This document shows, in pieces, positions 1 through 9,000 of a stretch of DNA of 64,000 nucleotides. The stretch lies in assembly GCA_030603665.1 (NCBI GenBank), contig JAUVXJ010000013.1, forward strand, positions 23,910 through 87,909. The letters are read 5' to 3'. The stretch's first letter is position 1. Each line of letters opens with the position of its first letter. Position numbers and translations under genes: made by a program. The notes beneath the pieces were generated by a model. That model saw only the letters and a program-made list of their open reading frames with translations, was not told the DNA's origin and did not search any database. Source of the DNA: Chloroflexota bacterium. GTDB taxonomy: Bacteria; Chloroflexota; Anaerolineae; UBA7937; B3-Chlor.

Positions 1-411
1 GTGAGCCAGCCTCTCGATTTCCAATGGGCTCAGGTTGTTCACCCTGGCCAAGACTCTTCTCGCGATGACTATGTCGACCGTGTCAAGCGAAGGCTCAAGG
101 CGCGGCTTCCCACCTAGTGCATGAGCCTTCTTGGGATACGGCGAAGCTCTGCGACTTGCCGCAATGGTGACGCTGATTTCGAAGCCATCCATATCCTCAA
201 CGGAGGAATCGAAATTCCTAGCGAGTGGTCCCTTCTTCTGGCGAGTATAGCTTTCGCCAGTCATCGTCTCGCCAATCAGCCTTACTTTTTCGACGTCGAT
301 CAAGTAGACAATCTTTGCAAGCTCGATAGCACCCGGCTCTCTGTCCATTTCAGAGAGAACGAAAAACATCAGGCTGTGAAGTACTGTCGGTGAGAATCCA
401 ATACTATCCAT
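1..411 (-). CDS. Panacea-domain (DUF4065, SocA-like antitoxin) protein, 3'-partial (C-terminus runs off the window start)
   Basis: The reverse-strand translation from the ATG at 411 reads MDSIGFSPTVLHSLMFFVLSEMDREPGAIELAKIVYLIDVEKVRLIGETMTGESYTRQKKGPLARNFDSSV...LSPLEIERLAH. The pattern KxxYLxDxE...xTGxxYxxxxxGPxxxxx and the later LSxxExxxLxH match the Panacea fold. Local GC is low. The ORF is missing from the supplied track because it has no in-window stop. Confidence 0.6.
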   Translation of the reverse strand, partial: MDSIGFSPTVLHSLMFFVLSEMDREPGAIELAKIVYLIDVEKVRLIGETMTGESYTRQKKGPLARNFDSSVEDMDGFEISVTIAASRRASPYPKKAHALGGKPRLEPSLDTVDIVIARRVLARVNNLSPLEIERLAH

Positions 412-555
412 GTCTCTCCTCCAGACGTATCCTGTGTACCCTGCCTCGTCCTCATCGAGATTCTTCCGAAGTACCATAGCCAGTTTATCAGAGAATCTGC
501 GCCCTGTCAAGTTGTTCCGCTTCACATACTATTACGCAACGGGCTATTCCTTGTC

Positions 556-1684
556 AAGCCAAGCACAACACCCGTTCCAGCTCCATTGCCGTATTTGCGA
601 CCCACACGCCCAGGCGTGCAGCTACTAAATGCGGCAGAGCATCCAGGCTGACCGAGCAAACAGTACCAGGCAGCCAACATAGTGGTGCCAGCCTGCAAGA
701 AGGAATTGCCGACTCGCGCCATCCAGCGTAGAATAGGCCGGTCTCACAGGCTACAGATGGACCACCAAGCTGAAGGATGCTCCACATGTCCTGGAGTGTT
801 GTCCACAACGTCCTCATGACTGGACCGCCCGGGGCCGGCAAGACTCTCATGGCGCGGTCCTTGCCTTCCATCCTGCCCAGCATGACCATCGAGGAAGCCC
901 TCGACGTGACCAAGATCTACTCTGTCTCGAGCCTGTTGCCTCCTGAGACCCCCCTCATCCGCCACCGTCCTTTCCGCGCCCCCCACCATACCATCAGCCA
1001 CGCGGGTCTCGTCGGCGGCGGCCAGTGGCCTCGCCCAGGGGAGATCAGCCTGGCCCACCACGGCGTCCTCTTCCTGGACGAGGTCCCAGAGTTCGGCACC
1101 CGGGTACTAGAGGTGATGCGCCAGCCCATGGAGGACAAGGTGGTCACCATCAGCCGGGCCCAGGGTACCCTCACCTTCCCAGCCAAGTTCACCCTGATAG
1201 GAGCCATGAACCCCTGCCCGTGTGGCTACTTCGGAGACCCTAGCCGGGAGTGCACCTGCGCCCTGTCCATGGTCAGCCGGTACCAGAAGCGCCTCTCGGG
1301 ACCTCTGCTGGATCGCATCGATATCCACATCGACGTACCCCGGGTGGATTATGAGAAGCTAACCGACGATCGTCTGGGCGAGCCGTCGGAGGCCATCCGC
1401 AAACGCGTGGAGAAGGCCCGCCGCGCGCAGCGCCAGCGCTTCGAGGGCACGCCAATGACCTGCAACGCAGACATGGGCCCGGCCGAGGTTAGAGAGTATT
1501 GCCAGGTTGACGACGCGGGAGGGAGCCTGCTGCGCGCGGCCATGGAGCAGCTGCAGATGAGCGCCCGAGCTTTTCACCGGGTGCTCAAGCTGGGCCGCAC
1601 CATCGCCGACCTGGCCGGGTCGGAGACCATCGAGACCGCCCACCTGGCCGAGGCTATCCAGTACCGGCCCAGGACGCACATGTA
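556..1684 (+). repeat. Direct repeat, copy 1 (about 1.13 kb), comprising a roughly 250-bp leader plus a truncated comM-like CDS. It pairs with 14126-15262.
   Basis: By eye the leader is about 80% identical to copy 2 and the CDS about 97%. Similarity begins at gtcaa(g/c)ccaagcacaacacccg and ends exactly at the stop codon. Confidence 0.85.
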
Positions 1685-1685
1685 G
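777..1685 (+). CDS. comM: YifB/ComM-family Mg-chelatase-like AAA+ ATPase, N-terminally truncated form (AAA+ core and C-terminal domain only, no Lon-like N domain)
   Basis: It carries Walker A GPPGAGKT and Walker B VLFLDEVPEF. The PCPCGYFGD...CTC zinc motif and the C-terminal Mg_chelatase_C-like region are present. The start coincides with strand beta1 (HNVLMTG). Confidence 0.8.
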   Translation: MLHMSWSVVHNVLMTGPPGAGKTLMARSLPSILPSMTIEEALDVTKIYSVSSLLPPETPLIRHRPFRAPHHTISHAGLVGGGQWPRPGEISLAHHGVLFLDEVPEFGTRVLEVMRQPMEDKVVTISRAQGTLTFPAKFTLIGAMNPCPCGYFGDPSRECTCALSMVSRYQKRLSGPLLDRIDIHIDVPRVDYEKLTDDRLGEPSEAIRKRVEKARRAQRQRFEGTPMTCNADMGPAEVREYCQVDDAGGSLLRAAMEQLQMSARAFHRVLKLGRTIADLAGSETIETAHLAEAIQYRPRTHM

Positions 1686-2086
1686 GGCGGCGCGAGGACG
1701 CGCTGGCCAGAGTCAGTCGTTGTTCACCCTTCGAGGGGCGGCAAATGGCTGTGGCTGAGCGTGATCCCGCCGAGTAGTGCACGCGCTCCGGCATACGGGC
1801 AGTGCAGGGCCTGCGGGGATTCTGACATCTCCCGCGTATCTGCGGCTCACCATAGAGCAGGATGCTCAACCTTGCCACTGAGCTAGCCTATGTCCGCTTG
1901 CTCCGCTCTCGCGCGGACGAGACGTGGTCCACGTAGGCAGCCCTGGGCAATGGAGGTCAACTTGTGATAGCGGTGCTAAGTCGGTGCATTCTTGGCCATG
2001 GCCCTATGCGGCCAGCGTTGCTCACGTAGGTCAGGGATGGGCACCCTTTCGTGTGTCCCAGAGGTCCGGCGGAGAGGAGAGGATTG

Positions 2087-2368
2087 ATGGCGCATTGTCT
2101 GGTCACCTGCGACCTATTCAGAGCTGATCTCGACAGCCTGCCCCGCAAGATCCAAACTCGCACCGTAGCGAAGTTCCCCTTTCTCGAACGAAACCCGCGC
2201 CACCCCAGTCTGAACAGCCACAGGGTTCACGCTTCTCCCAGTGGCAGAGACATCTGGGAATCGTACGTAGACAAGACGAGGTACCGAATCCTGTGGGAGT
2301 TCCTCCCGGGACAGGACCTTGCCCTCTGGCGCACGCTCACAGAGATATCATTCAGCGGGCAGCACTGA
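2087..2368 (+). CDS. RelE/ParE-family type II toxin-like protein (orphan; no antitoxin ORF is evident upstream)
   Basis: CDLFRADLDSLPRKIQTRTVAKFPFLERNPRHPSLNSHRVHASPSGRDIWESYVDKTRYRILWEF fits the RelE/ParE pattern (KDLkkLpk..q.ri...i..L.enP..p.l..h.L.g.....we.rv.dyRIi). The region is lower in GC. Confidence 0.5.
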   Translation: MAHCLVTCDLFRADLDSLPRKIQTRTVAKFPFLERNPRHPSLNSHRVHASPSGRDIWESYVDKTRYRILWEFLPGQDLALWRTLTEISFSGQH

Positions 2369-2841
2369 ATGGCGAACATTGAGTCAGGTTGCGGATGGTC
2401 CGGTCAAATCAATGTCCGGGTCGCAGCCTTGACTCATGTAGGTAGCCGAGCTAGAATAGACTCGCGAGGCTGTGCACTATGCCACCCTCATCTCTGAGGA
2501 TCCACTGCCATGCAAGATGACATTGACTTCAGCCCCCAGGTGCGCTCTTGCATCGTGAGTTCCTGGAGTCTGCATCAACCGATGACACAGCAGACCTCGA
2601 TCAAGGCAGGGCAAGGATGAGACCCAAGACCTGGACGCGAAGTACCGAAACTGTGGTGGGTTGTGCTATTGCGCGAGCCCGTGTCCATATGCGCTCAACC
2701 TGACCCTTCCCTTGAATAGCACAAGGTTTCGATGAGAGAATCCTAGCTTGACCAGGGATTCCGTGAACTGGGCATCTGCAGAACAATGGAACAACCAGTT
2801 TTCGTTGGTCAGTTCTTGATGGGCAAGGGGGAGTTCTCACC

Positions 2842-3780
2842 ATGGAGGTCCTGACTGGTGTATTCATTGTCGCGCTCTATAGGACAATGGAGAAGATTTG
2901 GGAGAAGAGCTTCGACGCGGCGTGGGAGCCCGTAGACGACACATTGAAAGCCAGATTCACCATTTGGGCTGGAAGTGGCGACGAGCGGAAACGCCGCATC
3001 GCCTTCGGAAGGGCCGCAGGCAAAGCCCGGAACTTGACCCTGCTCAAGGCTGAGGACGATCCACTGCAGAGAGTGCAGACAGAGCTGGTTCTCAAGGTAC
3101 TAGACGAAGGGCTGACGGACAGCGCTGCTGAGGAGTTGGCTGAAGAAGCTGCCAAGCTCATACTTTTCTCGGAGGACCCAGACATCGCTCGCATGACGAC
3201 ATACTGCCAAGAGCGCCTGAAGTGGGATGTGCTATGGTCTGGGGGTGAGCGCCCAGAAAGCAACGCCGTAACAGCCGTCTTAACTGCATTTCTGGACAAC
3301 CTGCGGGGATCGTTGCTGGACCAGGAGATCTACCGTGACGTTATGCACGACAAAGAACTGCTGGGGTTGCTGGGGAAGATAGCGCATGACCAACACCGCA
3401 CCGCAGAGGCCACGGTTCGGTGGTTGGAGGCGTCTGAGGACGCGGGACCGGCACCGGCCAGCATTGTGTGTGCGAAGGCTGTTAGTAGAGCCTCAATGCA
3501 AGGGGCAAGACTACTTGACGCCTCCAGCCAAAGACCTTTGCCACGAAGATGTCGTAGCCGCCGTTGTAGGTTCTGTCGAAGGCCCCGGGCGTCGTTGGAA
3601 AGCCTGAACACTCAGTGTGACCGGTCACATATGCATCACCCCCGGTATCCACAGCAATGCCGAAGGCAACGGACCAGCACCAGCTGCCACCCAGCCATTG
3701 GCGGAATACCAGGTCTGTTCCAGCCTCATTCAGCTTCGCCACGAAAGCCATGGCGTAGCCCGGCCCGGCAGAACCCGTGA
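2842..3780 (+). CDS. Hypothetical protein. The 3' end is uncertain, because the reading frame runs 300 nt into the convergent SBBP gene.
   Basis: It is a long ORF with coding-like composition over 2842 to about 3480. It has no NTPase or other recognisable motif. The last roughly 100 codons are Arg/Cys/Pro-rich junk, antisense to real SBBP repeats. Confidence 0.3.
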   Translation: MEVLTGVFIVALYRTMEKIWEKSFDAAWEPVDDTLKARFTIWAGSGDERKRRIAFGRAAGKARNLTLLKAEDDPLQRVQTELVLKVLDEGLTDSAAEELAEEAAKLILFSEDPDIARMTTYCQERLKWDVLWSGGERPESNAVTAVLTAFLDNLRGSLLDQEIYRDVMHDKELLGLLGKIAHDQHRTAEATVRWLEASEDAGPAPASIVCAKAVSRASMQGARLLDASSQRPLPRRCRSRRCRFCRRPRASLESLNTQCDRSHMHHPRYPQQCRRQRTSTSCHPAIGGIPGLFQPHSASPRKPWRSPARQNP

Positions 3781-5725
3781 TGTATGCCGAGCCCCTCTGA
3801 TCCACATCAATCGCCCCGGGCCATGAGCAGACTCGCTGTCCCAGGTATTGCCATCCCATGAAGGTGCTGTATACCAGGCCCGTACCATTGCTGTTCAACT
3901 TCGTCACGAAAGTATCAAGATCCCATTCGTCCTCACCCGCGTAGGTCCTGCAGAATGCTCCAGGCGTGGTCGGGAAGTCGAAAGAGCTCGTATAGCCAGA
4001 GACATAGGCTTCGCCTGCTGAGTTAGCGGCGACCCCGCCCCCAAAATACGAGTCGACGCCATCATTGTAGCTTCCTCCCAGCAATGTGCAGTACTCGAGA
4101 TCAGTGCCAGAAGGGTTCAGCTTGGCCACAACAGCGTCACTCTCACCATCCCGCGTTCTGTCGAAGGCACCGGTAGTTGTGGGGAACGTCGTCGAGCGCG
4201 TCCAGCCTGCCACATAAGCCGACCCTGTGGGATCCACCGCAACTCCCAAGGCTTCGTCGAAGTCGCTTCCTCCCAGAAACGTGCTGTAGACGAGATCGCT
4301 TCCGCTGGGGTTCAGCTTGGTGATGAAGAAGTCGGCGGTACCTCCGTTGTACGTGCTGTCATAGGCGCCAACCGTTGTGGGGAATCCAGAGCCCGCCCGG
4401 CCCGCCACATACGCGGAGTTGTCGTCGCCTATCGCGATCGAGAATCCTGTGCCGCCGCCGAGCGAAGTGCTGTAGACTAGGTCGCTTCCACTGGGATTCA
4501 GCTTCGCCACGAAGGCACCGCTCCCCGTTGCGTATGCCCCCGGTGTGGTTGGGAAGTCGGACGAGCCCGAGCCAACGACGTAGGCGGCGCCCGAAGCATC
4601 GACCGCTATGTCGTAGCTACGGTCGTCTCCCGACCCGCCGAGAAGGGTGCTGTAGACGAGAGCCGTGCCGTTCGGATTCAGCTTGGCCACGAAGACATCT
4701 AATCCTCCTCCATGGCTCGGGTCAAAGGAACCAGGAGTGGTGGGGAAGCCCGACGAGTATGTCTCGCCCGCCACGTAGGCAGCGCCAGAACCATCGACGG
4801 CAACCACCGCGCTTTGTGCCACTGGATCCGGCCACGGCTCGCCCACCGTGCCAAGGAAGGTGCTGTAGAGAAGACTGAACGAGCCCTCTGCCAGATGGGC
4901 GTCGCTACCACTCGGAACCCTGTCGGTGAATGGAGACAGGATCTCGAAGCTTCCTTCTCCGCGCTGGTAGATGCAAGGTTCGGCACTGACGTCGAACTGC
5001 TCGACTGACAACAAAGGCAAGGCCAAATCACCCAGCGTAGTACCCACCAGCAAGTGATCGGTGTCCGTCTGCACCCCAGTTGCACCATCCAGCCGCAGTC
5101 GAACAGCACTACTGTCGGAGTCCGGAGCCATGGCTGCGCGCAGCATCAGCTGACCATTCTCGCTGCTGACCTCAAGATCAATGCCAGGGTACAGGTCTTT
5201 GTAGCGCACACCGGCCCAGGCTGCTACTCCTATGTGCCACTCAGACGGTGCGTCACCGGTCAAATAGGATACGAGAGTGTCTTGCCTATTGAAGCCGACG
5301 AGTGCAGGATGAGGGTTGGCACCAACGAAGGTGACCTTGAGGCTCACGCCACGCAACTCTGCGGCCGCACTCTCCGCCGACCGATTGAAGAGCTCTCGCG
5401 ATGCGCCAAGACCTACCGAAGCACGAGAGGGCCGCGTGAGCGAGAGCCACATCGCATTCTCGGTAAGGGACAAGGACGCTCCGTTACCGACCGCTTGGAA
5501 CCGCACCTGGGGATCATACTGGCCAGCATTCTCCACGAACGCGGACAGCACAACGCTAGGTAGGCCGGTCACCTCCGCGCGGGGAGTTCGAGAGGTGTTA
5601 CCGGACTGGACGGCACTGGGAGGCTGCTCCATTGTGCGCGAGCGTGCTGCTGACCAGACCGCTGGGCACGAAGCCACGAGCAACGCGAGCGCAAAGAGGA
5701 ACCTAGGCAATCGTCTCAGCTCCAT
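3482..5725 (-). CDS. Secreted SBBP (beta-propeller repeat, PF06739-like) repeat protein
   Basis: It has an N-terminal signal peptide, MELRRLPRFLFALALLVASCPAVWSAA. About 8 copies of ...G.AYV.G.T.S.DFPTT.GA.D.......D.FV.KLN..G..L.YST.LGGS... continue through to the C-terminus. Confidence 0.7.
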   Translation of the reverse strand: MELRRLPRFLFALALLVASCPAVWSAARSRTMEQPPSAVQSGNTSRTPRAEVTGLPSVVLSAFVENAGQYDPQVRFQAVGNGASLSLTENAMWLSLTRPSRASVGLGASRELFNRSAESAAAELRGVSLKVTFVGANPHPALVGFNRQDTLVSYLTGDAPSEWHIGVAAWAGVRYKDLYPGIDLEVSSENGQLMLRAAMAPDSDSSAVRLRLDGATGVQTDTDHLLVGTTLGDLALPLLSVEQFDVSAEPCIYQRGEGSFEILSPFTDRVPSGSDAHLAEGSFSLLYSTFLGTVGEPWPDPVAQSAVVAVDGSGAAYVAGETYSSGFPTTPGSFDPSHGGGLDVFVAKLNPNGTALVYSTLLGGSGDDRSYDIAVDASGAAYVVGSGSSDFPTTPGAYATGSGAFVAKLNPSGSDLVYSTSLGGGTGFSIAIGDDNSAYVAGRAGSGFPTTVGAYDSTYNGGTADFFITKLNPSGSDLVYSTFLGGSDFDEALGVAVDPTGSAYVAGWTRSTTFPTTTGAFDRTRDGESDAVVAKLNPSGTDLEYCTLLGGSYNDGVDSYFGGGVAANSAGEAYVSGYTSSFDFPTTPGAFCRTYAGEDEWDLDTFVTKLNSNGTGLVYSTFMGWQYLGQRVCSWPGAIDVDQRGSAYITGSAGPGYAMAFVAKLNEAGTDLVFRQWLGGSWCWSVAFGIAVDTGGDAYVTGHTECSGFPTTPGAFDRTYNGGYDIFVAKVFGWRRQVVLPLALRLY

Positions 5726-6023
5726 CCCTGACCTCCTTCACGCGGACGTCGCGTTTCCGCGGTGCCGCTCCTTGCAGGCGAAGCAAAACGGCCTCGCTGA
5801 GATGACGCGCCGCAAGTCGGCAGATGGGTCATCAGCAGGATCCGCCTGTCACACGCAGGATGCGGCCCTCCGGCGACCGATTCCCTTGTGGGCTAGGTCC
5901 GCAGCGGTCTGGTGCGCATTCGCTGCAACAGATGCTGGATCGTAAGCTATCGATATCGAGACCTCTTCTGCCGCGCGCACTGGTACAGGGGTGAACTGCT
6001 CGGTTAAGGGATTGACAACAGGT

Positions 6024-9000
6024 TCATCGTGTCGCCTTGTGCAGTCCTCGCCAGAGTTGCACCCCCGCCGGCAGTACCAACACTAGGGGCAGAGCAGCGC
6101 CCCAACACGGCCCGCGTCCGCCAGTCGTCGGCGTTGGCTCCAAAGCAGCTTCGGCAACCTCCGTCGTAGCCTCCGTGGCAACGCCAACATCCACGTCGCC
6201 TGTCAACTTCCCTCCATCCCCTGTCAACACGAAAGCTGCCCAGTAGTATGGATGCGGATACTCTGCTCTCACATCAATCTGTGCCTGACGTAGCGCCTCC
6301 GCTTTGCCCATCCCGGCACGAAGATGAGTGTAGAACCGCTCCATCAGCAGCGCCGTCGCCTCGTCATCGACGCTCCACAGGCTGGCAAGCACGCTCGGCG
6401 TTCCAGCGTAGAGGAACGCTCGACTCAAACCCACCACTTCATCACCTGCGCTCAACGTGCCGAGTTGCGTCTGGCACGCGCTGAGGACTACCAGATTGGT
6501 GGCTGCCGTCAAGTCTAGTCCGTAGACTTCGTGGACTTCCAGACGGCCGTCGTTTTGGGTATCTTCTGCCAGATAGATTGTGCTGAACAAGGGGTTGTTG
6601 CGGTCGTATTCGCCATGGGCTGCGATATGCAAGACACCTGCACCGCCACCCTGTGACCACACCACACTTTCCGTAGCGTCTTCTCCCGTCATGGCCTGCG
6701 TCCCGAAAAGTGCTGCGATGCTTATGGCTTCCTGTTCGGCAAAGCGCAACGCAGGCATTGGCTCGACAATGGTTGGATTGCCTAGCGCTAGCAGGTTGCC
6801 AGATTCGGACTTGCATTTCCCCTTAACGAAGGGCAGTAGGCTGGCACTGGGTAGGGTGAACAAGCCATGGTCGTCGCTCAGATACCTGTCGCCATCGGTG
6901 AGGGCGGCAAAGGGAAGGTAGTGGAGCACGTTGTGGGGGACAATCCCGAGCATCGAGGTGGTCAGATATGCTCTCAGCGGGGAGATGAGCCAGGCATAGA
7001 GTTGTTGCAGACTGGCCGGGTGGGGATCCTCCAGCCTGGCGAAATCCCGGAAGATTGTGATGGTCTCCGTTAGGTCTTCGCGACTGATGTCCAGCGCTAG
7101 GGCATTGAAGGTATCATGGGTGATGATGAAGGCCAGTGTTCGTCCTTCAGTTACGAAGTATTCGACCAATGTGGTGTTGGCGTCAAGCAGACCTTGGATC
7201 TCAGCCAACGAGGCCACGTCGACGCTGACGAGCGAGGCGAGCTCAGAGCTCTGTAGTTTGAGTTCGATCAGCAGGGCTTCGTAGTCTGCTTCAAGAGTGA
7301 TGAGCTCAGCTTGCGTGTCCATGATCGCACTAGTGTCCCGTTGCTCACGGGGACGATTGCGAAGAGTCACTAGTTGGGCGCGTCGCGCTGCGATTTCCGC
7401 GCGAAGCGTCTGCTCTTGGTCTAGCAGTATACGGGGGGCTCCGGCTCGGAAGTCTACCAGGCCACCCGCAAGTTGGTCGAGGAGTGCCCTTGCTCGAGCA
7501 CGCTCCGCATACTCGAAGGCCTCTTGGAGGCGACCCTCTTCCCAAAGGAGGTTGACGAGACGATCGTACACCGCGACCTCTTGAGCTGCATAGGTTCCCT
7601 TCAGTTCTGGGATCCCGATCTCTTTCTGAATGGACTCGACGACATCAGCGGCCTGCTGGTAGAAGGCGATCGCCTCTGAAACAAGACCGAGTTGCTCGTA
7701 TGCCAACCCAATCTTGTTGAGTGTCTTTCCTTCCCCCCTCCGGTCGCCGATCTCCTGTTGGATAGCCAGCGCCCGCTGGTGATAGTCAAGAGCCTGCTCA
7801 TTTTCGCCCAAGCTCCCGTAGACTGAGCCGATGTTGTCGAGCGTGTATCCTTCCCCGGCCCGGTCGCCGATCTCCTGTTGGATAGTCAGCGCCCGCTGGT
7901 GGTAGACCAGAGCCTGCTCATGTTGCCCCAGGGTCCAGTAGATCGTCCCAATGTTGTAGAGCGTGTTTCCTTCCCCGGCCCGGTCGCCGATCTCCTGTTG
8001 GATAGCCAGCGCCCGCTGGTAGTAGTCCAGAGCCTGCTCGTATTGGTTCGGACTCTCGTCGGCCCCGATGCTGTCCCGCGTGGCTGACTCGTCCGTCTGG
8101 TCGCCAGTGTCCTCGAGAGCATCATCGTGCCGGTGGTATACTAGACCAATGTTGTTGAGCGTCGTTGCTTCGCCCATCCGGTCGCCGATCTCTTGTTGGA
8201 CAGCCAGCGCCCGCTGATAGTACTCCAGCGCCCGGTCGTCTTGCCCCAAGTAGTCATAGACCAGACCGATGTTGTTGAGCCCGGATCCTTGTCCCAGCCG
8301 GTATCCAATCTCCTGGTAGACGGCCAGCGCCTGATGAAAGTAGACCAGCGCCTCCTCGTATTGGCCCAGGCTCCAGTAGACTGCCCCAGTGTTGTTGAGC
8401 GTCAGTGCTTCGTCCGCCGGGTCCTCGATCTCCTGTTGGATGGCCAGCGCCCGCTGGTGGTAGTCTAGAGCCCGCTCGTATTGGCCCAGGAGCCAGTAGA
8501 CTACACCGGTGTTCTGGAGCGTGGCTCCTTCCCCCGCCCGGTCTCCGATCTCCTGTCGGATGGCCAGCGAGCGCTGGTGGTAGTCAAGGGCATGATCGTA
8601 TCGGCCTAAGCTCCGGTAGACTGCCCCAATTGCGTTGAGCGCCCTTCCTTCTCCCGCGCGGTCGCCGATCTCCTGTTGGATAGCCAGCGCCTGCTGGTGG
8701 CAGTCCAGAGCCTCCTCATTCTGGCCCAAGTTCCCGTAGACTGTCCCGATCCTGTCGAGCACCGTTCCTTCGTGCCGCCGGTCGCCGATCTCCCGTTGGA
8801 TAGCCAGCGCCCGCTGGTAGTAGTCCAGAGCCTCCTTGTATTGGCCTAGGCTTGAGTAGATCGCCCCGATGTTATGCAGCGTTGCTCCTTCTCCCTCCCG
8901 GTCGCCGATCTCCTGTTGGATGCCCAGCGCGCGCTGGCAGTAGTCCAGAGCCTGCTCGTACTGGCCCACGCTCGCGTAGAAGGCAGCAATGTTGGCGAGC

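Noticed and set aside
121-393. The plus-strand 90-aa ORF at the window start.
   Set aside because: It is antisense to the much better-supported Panacea-domain reading frame on the minus strand.
410-800. A possible small conserved protein in the leader shared by the two comM-like repeats (for example QAQHPFQLHCRIC versus QAQHPLQLYRRIC).
   Set aside because: Differences between the copies are mostly non-synonymous in both strands' frames. One copy ends in a stop where the other continues. It is more likely non-coding.
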